Source of the DNA: Clostridia bacterium
Lineage (GTDB): Bacteria > Bacillota > Clostridia > Oscillospirales > CAG-272
Direction: 5' to 3'
NCBI GenBank assembly: GCA_017399145.1
Contig: JAFQEG010000003.1
Location: 50,553-114,552, forward strand
Length of the DNA: 64,000 nucleotides
Made by a program: the position numbers and the translations under genes. A model generated the notes under the pieces. The model did no database searches. It saw only the letters and a list, made by a program, of their open reading frames with translations, and had not been told where the DNA came from. Positions 10,986 through 17,498 of the stretch are shown in pieces; position 1 is the first letter of the stretch, and each line of letters opens with the position of its first letter.

Positions 10986-11205
10986 TTGGCTATGAATCAT
11001 CGTTCGAACTTCTGCTCGTGGCTTTGCCACGAATAGAGTTCACAAGTGCGACGAAAGACGGTGGTAGGGGTTCCCCAACACGAAGAGTGAGTTTTGGGGG
11101 TTCTCGTGGGCTTGCAAGCAAAAGTCTCGGCGCAACTCATTTCCACAAGGGAATGTATCTCTGATTACAATAATTGGCTCATTTTAAATCATCACTCGCC
11201 TTTTT

Positions 11206-12216
11206 CTATAATACTTTGTACTTTTCAAGTCCGTATTCTTTATAGGTTTTATAATATTGCTCTAAGAATAATTCGGGTTGCTTTACAAAATCCTCCCCGT
11301 TTGCCAAGGATACAATTTCATATGCCTTTTCAACAGCTTGCTTGCACTTATCAATGTCATTTAGTTTAAAATAACAACCTGCTATTTGCAAATAGCAGCA
11401 CATATGATTTGTTTGGACTCCATTAAATAGATATGCTTCGGGACATATTTTGTCTGTTAGCATAAATCTTTCGATTACATCCTTGCCTTCTATAAATGAT
11501 TTTAAAGCATTTTTGTAATCGCCTGTTTCAAAGTATCCTTCGCCCTCCATTATGCAAGATAAGAAAAGCTCTTGGTATTCGATAATTTTCCAGTCCTTCG
11601 CTTCTTTAAGCCTATCCTCTCCCTTCAAGGAATAAGAGGAAACACGCATTTTATCGTTTAACAAATACGGATACATATATGGCAAGGTATCTATTATTTT
11701 TTTTGCATCATTATATCTGTTTTGCATTAAATACAGTGAGGCTAAGTCTGCTTTGGCACTACAAACACAGAAAATATCAGTAGCTTCTGCAATTATTTTG
11801 TGTGCCAAAGAAATTGCCTTATCTGCGTATTCAGTTTTTCCATATGTGCGTATATGGCACTCGTACAGAGAAAGAAGCTCTCGTAAAATCAAATCATTGT
11901 TGGGATAATCGTTTAATGCGTTTAAAAGTATTGCCTCGCATTTTTCAATATTGTTCCAAAAATATTTTTTTGAACTTGTAATAATATCATTTACCTTTTG
12001 AGCAGTTTTGGTTTTATCATATCCCATCAAAATGTCGATACTAACATCAAAAATATTTGCTAATATCGGAATAGCAGTAATATCAGGATAGGCAGTTTCT
12101 GTTTCCCACCTCGATATTGTTTGTGGTGTCACATTTAGCTTTTCTGCAAGCTGTTCTTGTGTCATATTATCACGCTTGCGTAACTCTTTAATTTTTGCAC
12201 CTATACAAATAGTCAT
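11206..12216 (-). CDS. XRE-family HTH transcriptional regulator with C-terminal TPR-like repeat domain (RNPP-like architecture)
   Basis: N-terminus IKELRKRDNMTQEQLAEKLNVTPQTISRWETETAYPD (HTH_3). About 270 aa of helical-repeat sequence with TPR-like signatures (NRYNDAKKIIDTL, GDYKNALKSFIEG, LNDIDKCKQAVEKAYEI). AAGGAGG RBS. Confidence 0.8.
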   Translation of the reverse strand: MTICIGAKIKELRKRDNMTQEQLAEKLNVTPQTISRWETETAYPDITAIPILANIFDVSIDILMGYDKTKTAQKVNDIITSSKKYFWNNIEKCEAILLNALNDYPNNDLILRELLSLYECHIRTYGKTEYADKAISLAHKIIAEATDIFCVCSAKADLASLYLMQNRYNDAKKIIDTLPYMYPYLLNDKMRVSSYSLKGEDRLKEAKDWKIIEYQELFLSCIMEGEGYFETGDYKNALKSFIEGKDVIERFMLTDKICPEAYLFNGVQTNHMCCYLQIAGCYFKLNDIDKCKQAVEKAYEIVSLANGEDFVKQPELFLEQYYKTYKEYGLEKYKVL

Positions 12217-12282
12217 AAAATATTCCTCCTTGTTCTAAACGACAGGAGCGAAGCGAACCGGTTCTCTCGCTTTGTCAACTTA

Positions 12283-12311
12283 ATTATATCATACCATATA
12301 TTACATAACAA
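12283..12311 (-). promoter_or_regulatory. Promoter of the XRE-TPR regulator gene (extended -10)
   Basis: Minus strand reads TTGTTA (12306-12311), 17 nt, then TGATATAAT (-10 at 12283-12288). The predicted transcript starts at the imperfect hairpin 12241-12276 (core palindrome GAACCGGTTC). Confidence 0.5.
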
Positions 12312-12340
12312 TGGCATATTTGTTGAAAAAAATAAATTTT

Positions 12341-12369
12341 AAGTTGAATTTTGAAATTTCAAGTTGAAT
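12341..12369. repeat. Direct repeat AAGTTGAAT x2 with 20-bp phasing (candidate operator)
   Basis: Exact 9-mers at 12341-12349 and 12361-12369 with similar T-rich flanks, in the divergent region between the regulator gene and the 108-aa ORF. Confidence 0.5.
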
Positions 12370-12410
12370 ATTTTAGTTCGATTTTCATCTCACTTGCTCC
12401 GCCAAATAAG

Positions 12411-12453
12411 AACCGCAATTCTGATACAAAGGGATTGCGGTTTTTGCTTTTTT
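12411..12453 (+). terminator. Terminator-like hairpin with no upstream plus-strand gene (leader attenuator or sRNA 3' end)
   Basis: AACCGCAAT-(14 nt)-ATTGCGGTT followed by TTTGCTTTTTT. It overlaps the -35 region of an extended -10 promoter (TGATATAAT, 12455-12463) for the next ORF. Confidence 0.5.
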
Positions 12454-12486
12454 GTGATATAATGATTTTAGAAAGGTGGTGGTCGT

Positions 12487-12813
12487 ATGTTTCCTTTTGA
12501 AAGTATTGCAAAACTCTTCTCGTTTAATTTTGATGAGAAATACTGTATTGAGATAGAGTTCTCGATTAAAGGATACCCTAAGTATCAATTTTGTTGGATG
12601 GGCAAAATGCCTGATAAAGAAAACACAGAAAAAGAATTATATTGGTATGGGCTAACTTCCGATGGTTCTGAAGCATACGATTACGATAATTTTCAGGATT
12701 TTTACTCGGCGCCTATCTTTGATGGAAAATCCATCAAAGAAATTTGGGATAAGGTTGACTTGTTATCCATAGATGGTTGCGACCCAAAGGAACGACTTGC
12801 TGTGTATCTTTAA
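12487..12813 (+). CDS. Hypothetical small cytoplasmic protein (108 aa)
   Basis: ORF with a good RBS (AAAGGTGGTGG 5 nt before the ATG); no signal peptide; no family recognised. Confidence 0.6.
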   Translation: MFPFESIAKLFSFNFDEKYCIEIEFSIKGYPKYQFCWMGKMPDKENTEKELYWYGLTSDGSEAYDYDNFQDFYSAPIFDGKSIKEIWDKVDLLSIDGCDPKERLAVYL

Positions 12814-12987
12814 CCATTATTATGTATTTGACAATTGCTAAACATATCGCTTTTATTCCCAATGGGGGCTTTTATAAAAACGCGATTGCTAATCGCTAGG
12901 TGACAAACGCAACCTATAGTTTGTTGTAAAAGACTTTCACTTGTAGTAAAATTTGATTGTAAAATACTTTTGAAAAGGGAGTACCAA

Positions 12988-13848
12988 ATGAAAAAAACAG
13001 TATTAATTTTGTTGGTTATTGTGTTTGTTTTTTCATTCACATCGTGTTATCCTGGAGACAACAATCCAGAAGAGATCGAAGCAATGTTTAATTCGTTCAA
13101 TCACTCAGATGATTATGTCCTTTTAACTCACTTTCAACTAATAGTAAAGGGTGAACATTATAATCGTTCCGAAATTAAGTACAATGAAAAGGAAACTAAT
13201 ATCATTTTCCTAGATGAAAATGGATTTTATTCATATACCTTTAACAAGTCTAACCTATTCGTCGAATTCTTATATACAACATATGATGACTTTGTAGTGA
13301 CAAAATTAGGCGAAGCTACCTTGCCTGAAAAAATAATAAATGGTTATTACGGCGATAATTGCTTTTGGTTTAGAATGGACGATCCATCTACTGACGAATT
13401 CAAACAAATTCATTATCGTTGGAACACCTTAAATAAAACAGGTAGTATTGTCGAAAGCGTTGATGATAATTATGAATATTCAGCAAATAATAACAGGGTA
13501 AATAATTATACCTTTAATTATCAAAACAAGCTGTTTGACAAGGTTTTAGAAATTGTTGATAACGACACAAGGATTAAAAAAACAATTGACAAGTCCATTT
13601 TGAAAAGCTTTGAAGAAGGAAAAAGAATTAGTGAATCTAATTCAAGCACAATTTTTTCTCCAGAGCAGGTGTACGTAATTGATGATGATATTTACTTTGT
13701 TTCAGGGCTTGGAGTAGGTGTTCTTAGCGAGCCACACTATTACTACATTGTAAAATGGAATTTTAATACAGAGGAATGTACATTCATAACTTCGATTTAC
13801 TTCGATTATTTTCAAGAATGGGTAGATGATTTTATAATATTAAAATAA
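12988..13848 (+). CDS. Hypothetical lipoprotein
   Basis: MKKTVLILLVIVFVFSFTSC gives a signal peptide with lipobox F-T-S-C. AAGGGAG RBS 6 nt before ATG 12988. N/Y/D-rich mature part with no recognised domain. Confidence 0.75.
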   Translation: MKKTVLILLVIVFVFSFTSCYPGDNNPEEIEAMFNSFNHSDDYVLLTHFQLIVKGEHYNRSEIKYNEKETNIIFLDENGFYSYTFNKSNLFVEFLYTTYDDFVVTKLGEATLPEKIINGYYGDNCFWFRMDDPSTDEFKQIHYRWNTLNKTGSIVESVDDNYEYSANNNRVNNYTFNYQNKLFDKVLEIVDNDTRIKKTIDKSILKSFEEGKRISESNSSTIFSPEQVYVIDDDIYFVSGLGVGVLSEPHYYYIVKWNFNTEECTFITSIYFDYFQEWVDDFIILK

Positions 13849-13900
13849 TTAAAATATTTTAAAGAGACAAGGGCCATCTCCCCTATCTCTGTTTTAGTTA

Positions 13901-13940
13901 AAAAGCCATAGTCAAGGCAATGCTTGACTATGGCTTTTAT
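13901..13940. terminator. Bidirectional intrinsic terminator
   Basis: AAGCCATAGTCAAG-gcaatg-CTTGACTATGGCTT (14-bp stem) with flanking A/T runs, between the stops at 13848 (+) and 13943 (-). Confidence 0.8.
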
Positions 13941-13942
13941 TT

Positions 13943-14338
13943 CTATAAATCTATTGTATACAAGCAATCTTTTTCCATGTTGGCAAGAAATGCGGATAGA
14001 GATATATCGTTTATACTTATGCTTTTTTCATTTTTTACTTTTCTGCCTGCCCATGCAAGTGCTATGTAGATATGCTTTACAGCCTTTGTATTTTTCAATT
14101 CATTTATAAGTGATGCAAGCTCCTGAATTTCCGTTGCATTTTCGTCATGCTTCCCCGTTGGAAAATCGCAATCGCACTGCCGATTGGTCATACTGTAATC
14201 TCCCAAATCGTTCACAATGCACATCTTAACGTTGTGCTTCGTACCTATAGCAAGCTTATATTTTGATTTTTCTAAAGCCTTGCTATAATCTTCAAAGCTT
14301 ACAGTCTCATCTGTTGCGCCATATAAAATGTAACACAT
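13943..14338 (-). CDS. Hypothetical protein (131 aa)
   Basis: AAGGAG RBS 8 nt before ATG 14336-14338. Begins MCYILYG and contains CDCDFPTGKHD. No family recognised. Confidence 0.6.
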   Translation of the reverse strand: MCYILYGATDETVSFEDYSKALEKSKYKLAIGTKHNVKMCIVNDLGDYSMTNRQCDCDFPTGKHDENATEIQELASLINELKNTKAVKHIYIALAWAGRKVKNEKSISINDISLSAFLANMEKDCLYTIDL

Positions 14339-14456
14339 AAAATTATCTCCTTATTTTACGCTTTTGATTAATTAAATTATAACATAATATACAAAGCATT
14401 TCAACACTTGATTTTCTCCTGCTTCTATGTTAAAATTCCTTTATGGGGGTGATATT

Positions 14457-15437
14457 ATGTGTACTCGAAAATGTGCTAAGTGTGGTTCTTCACTTGATGA
14501 AAACTTTTATCTTTGTAGGGATTGCTACCAAGATGAGCCACTCAAGTATATTCGTTTTTTGGTTTACAATATCGACGAGGATTATTCAAGAGTTTATGAC
14601 TATGTAAGCACGGATATCTACTACAACATTCTTGAGCATATCTGTGGGAATTTTGTTGTTTTGGCAAAAGATACTCTTCCCTATTTTATGCCTTGTGACA
14701 TTGAGCTTTTGCCTCTTACGGATTTCGAGGAGAGCAAGCTGATACAAAGAGCTTATACAAGAGGTTATCCTAAATCATATCTACTCAACAAATACAACGA
14801 AATTTCCACCATTTACATAGATTTAAATGGAAAGCACTATATTTCCAAAACGCCATATAGTAATTATGACACGAAGGATATTAATGAGGATTGGTTTTTG
14901 AAGCCTAGTCCTAGATATTGCCTAGATTGTGATGCACCGACAAAATCAGACGAATATTATATTTGCACTAACTGCTATTACAATTTTGATTCCCATGATT
15001 TTGATTTATACTACAAGTACAATATGAAATCTAACACCTTTACAAGGCTATGCGCAGAATTTGAGGGCAGATACACCTGTATTGACGGTCACCGAGTAAA
15101 AAGTCGTGGTGAGGAATTTTTAGACAATTATTTTTTCATAAATGATATCAAGCATTCCTACGAGCCAAAATTGAAGATTAAAAACGACCTTGGAGAAATG
15201 GTTGACATAACACCCGATTTTTGCATTTACAAGGAAGACGAGTTAGTTTATCTTGAATATTGGGGTGTAACCAACAATCCAAAATACGAACGCGACAAGA
15301 AATTGAAAATGTCTGCCTATAAAAAGCTTGGTGTTACTCTTATTAACATATACAGCACAGGTCCTTCTTTAACCGAGGAATTTATCAAGACACTATTATC
15401 AACATACGAAAAGGGTAAAATAAACTTCGAGGAATAA
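14457..15437 (+). CDS. Double zinc-ribbon protein with C-terminal restriction-endonuclease-like (PD-(D/E)xK-type) domain
   Basis: ATG 14457 with GGGGGTG RBS. Two CxxC-x10/11-CxxC-Y motifs (CAKCGSSLDENFYLCRDCY; CLDCDAPTKSDEYYICTNCY). The C-terminus reads KSRGEEFLDNYF..YEP..DITPDFCIY..LVYLEYWGV..DKKLK..YKKLGVTLINIY. Confidence 0.7.
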   Translation: MCTRKCAKCGSSLDENFYLCRDCYQDEPLKYIRFLVYNIDEDYSRVYDYVSTDIYYNILEHICGNFVVLAKDTLPYFMPCDIELLPLTDFEESKLIQRAYTRGYPKSYLLNKYNEISTIYIDLNGKHYISKTPYSNYDTKDINEDWFLKPSPRYCLDCDAPTKSDEYYICTNCYYNFDSHDFDLYYKYNMKSNTFTRLCAEFEGRYTCIDGHRVKSRGEEFLDNYFFINDIKHSYEPKLKIKNDLGEMVDITPDFCIYKEDELVYLEYWGVTNNPKYERDKKLKMSAYKKLGVTLINIYSTGPSLTEEFIKTLLSTYEKGKINFEE

Positions 15438-15438
15438 T

Positions 15439-16122
15439 ATGAGCTACAACAAAATTATTGATGGTATGGGCTTAGGCTATGGGTCTAAGTATCAGCTTTT
15501 AAGAATGTTAGGCTGGCACAGAAATGATTTTAACAAAAGGATTTTAGACTCTGTTGGCCTTTTGGGGAATATAAATTGGATTGATTTCGGCTACAATGGG
15601 TCTCAAGACAAGGAGCTTTTAAACTTCGATTTCATTCCTGAAATAAGCGAGGTATGGAAGCAATTTTGGGTATGTGGCAATACAGGCATTAACTGGGACG
15701 CAGTTGGAATCTTAGACGATGGCACGTACATTTTAGTTGAAGCTAAGGCGCACATTGACGAGGCAAGAAGCTATCCTTCTGGTAGCTGTAGATCGCAAGA
15801 AAAGAACAATTTACGAATAAAGGCATTTTTGGAAAAATACAATATTGATACAACCGTTGAAGCTATATGTAATGGTCATTATCAACTAGCTAACCGTTTA
15901 GTTGCATTAGATTTTCTAATCAGTCGGGGCTACAAGGCTAAGCTTGTTTACGTGCTTTTTGAAAATGGCTATGAGCTTAACACTCCATACAACAAATCCG
16001 CAACGAGAGATGAATGGCTAAGAGAATTTGACAATACTCTTTCAAAATTAGGATTTAATGATAATAAGGTAAGTGACCTTATCAATCTATGCATTATAAA
16101 TTGTAATATCAAAGAGACCTGA
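15439..16122 (+). CDS. PD-(D/E)xK nuclease-fold-like hypothetical protein
   Basis: Starts 1 nt after the preceding stop. Core motif WDAVGILDDGTYILVEAKAH (D...E-x-K). No other domain recognised. Confidence 0.65.
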   Translation: MSYNKIIDGMGLGYGSKYQLLRMLGWHRNDFNKRILDSVGLLGNINWIDFGYNGSQDKELLNFDFIPEISEVWKQFWVCGNTGINWDAVGILDDGTYILVEAKAHIDEARSYPSGSCRSQEKNNLRIKAFLEKYNIDTTVEAICNGHYQLANRLVALDFLISRGYKAKLVYVLFENGYELNTPYNKSATRDEWLREFDNTLSKLGFNDNKVSDLINLCIINCNIKET

Positions 16123-16135
16123 TGGTCTCTTTTTT
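16113..16135 (+). terminator. Intrinsic terminator of the two-gene cassette
   Basis: AGAGACC-tgat-GGTCTCT followed by TTTTT. The TGA stop (16120-16122) sits in the loop. Confidence 0.75.
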
Positions 16136-16155
16136 ATCTTTGTAGTGTCCAAATA

Positions 16156-16184
16156 TTGACATTATATTTTAAATATAGTATAAT
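16156..16184 (+). promoter_or_regulatory. Consensus sigma-A promoter of the uxaBAC operon
   Basis: TTGACA (16156-16161), 17 nt, TATAAT (16179-16184), 40 nt before the uxaB ATG. Confidence 0.7.
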
Positions 16185-16223
16185 TGGCTTATTCAAGAGA
16201 CTATTTTTAAGAGGAGATAAAAG

Positions 16224-17498
16224 ATGAAAAGACCTATTAAGATAATACAGTTTGGAGAGGGTGGCTTTCTCCGTGGATTTGTAGATTGGATGCTACAAAT
16301 TGTCAATGAAAATACAGATTTTAATGGTGGAGTTTGTGTTGTACAGCCTATCAAAAATGGGCTTTGCGACGTTTTGGCTAGTCAAGATTACGTTTATACT
16401 CACGTATGCAGAGGTGTTGAGGGTGTTGACGTAAAGAAAATTGACGTTATATCTCGTTGCGTAAAGCCTTACGACGATTTTGAGGACTACTTAAGTCTAG
16501 CAGAAATTAAAGAGGCTCGCTTTATTGTATCTAACACCACCGAGGCAGGTATTTGCGTTGACAAAAACGACAAGCTAAATAATACTCCTGCAAATAGCTT
16601 TCCCGGTAAGCTTACACAAATGCTACATAAAAGATACGAATTGGGTCTTGGTGGCTTTGTATTTCTTCCCTGTGAATTGATTGATAAAAATGGCACTCAG
16701 CTAAAGAAATGTATTCTTGAATATTGTAAGCTTTGGAATCTTTCCTCTGGCTTTGCTAATTGGATTGAGAATGAAAACATTTTCTGCAATACATTAGTTG
16801 ATCGTATAAATACAGGCTATCCTAAGGATGAAAAAATAGACGTTGGCTTTGAGGACAAAATGCTTAACACCTCTGAGTACTTCCACCTATGGGTTGTCGA
16901 TGGCTATGACGGATTATTCAAGGAAATTCCATTTGACAAGTGTGGTCTTAACGTAATTGTTACAAACGAGCTTGAAAGATATCGTACAAGAAAGGTGCGT
17001 ATCCTAAACGGCTCTCACACCTGTATGATTCCGTATGCTCTTTTACGTGGTGTTGAGTCGGTTGGCGAATGCCTTGCTGACCCTGTGATTTCTAAGCATC
17101 TTTACGATTGTCAAGAGGAAATTATCGCATCCCTTGATATGGACGAGGAAGAAAAGCGTGACTATGCAAAATCTGTAATTACAAGATTTTCTAACCCTTA
17201 CATTCGTCATCTTTGTCAGTCTATTGCACTAAACTCTGTAAGTAAGTTTAAGGTAAGAGTTTTGCCTTCGATTCTCGAATATGAAAAGAAATTTGGCAAG
17301 GCACCCTCTACTCTTCTATTCTCCTTTGCTAAGCTAATTGAGTTTTATAAAAAAGGTACTCCAAATGATGGTGTGACAGAAACAGAAAAGCTACAAAGGG
17401 GCACTGTTAAGGAAATTCTATCCGATGAAACACTTTGGGGTCAAGATTTATCGAGATTTGCCTGTGAGGTAGAAAAATATGCAAATTCATCCAAATGA
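16224..17498 (+). CDS. uxaB: Tagaturonate reductase (altronate oxidoreductase), mannitol dehydrogenase family
   Basis: N-terminus IIQFGEGGFLRGFVDWM is typical of UxaB. First gene of a uxaB-uxaA-uxaC cluster. Confidence 0.85.
   Translation: MKRPIKIIQFGEGGFLRGFVDWMLQIVNENTDFNGGVCVVQPIKNGLCDVLASQDYVYTHVCRGVEGVDVKKIDVISRCVKPYDDFEDYLSLAEIKEARFIVSNTTEAGICVDKNDKLNNTPANSFPGKLTQMLHKRYELGLGGFVFLPCELIDKNGTQLKKCILEYCKLWNLSSGFANWIENENIFCNTLVDRINTGYPKDEKIDVGFEDKMLNTSEYFHLWVVDGYDGLFKEIPFDKCGLNVIVTNELERYRTRKVRILNGSHTCMIPYALLRGVESVGECLADPVISKHLYDCQEEIIASLDMDEEEKRDYAKSVITRFSNPYIRHLCQSIALNSVSKFKVRVLPSILEYEKKFGKAPSTLLFSFAKLIEFYKKGTPNDGVTETEKLQRGTVKEILSDETLWGQDLSRFACEVEKYANSSK

Noticed and set aside
10851-11369. 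Track ORFs 10851..11036, 10970..11164 and 11094..11369 on the plus strand.
   Set aside because: The first is read straight through the tRNA-Ser gene. The others run through the noncoding block and the 3' end of the XRE-TPR gene. None has an RBS or a recognisable protein pattern.
12385-12588. 67-aa minus-strand ORF overlapping the start of the 108-aa gene.
   Set aside because: It spans a terminator hairpin and promoter, has no RBS, and is antisense to a better-supported ORF.
11172-16193. ATAATTGGCTCATT (11172-11185) versus ATAATTGGCTTATT (16180-16193) as island-bounding direct repeats.
   Set aside because: The right-hand copy is explained by the -10 box (TATAAT) of the uxaB promoter. It is only a 13/14 match of AT-rich sequence, and the tRNA-derived repeats give a better boundary signal.
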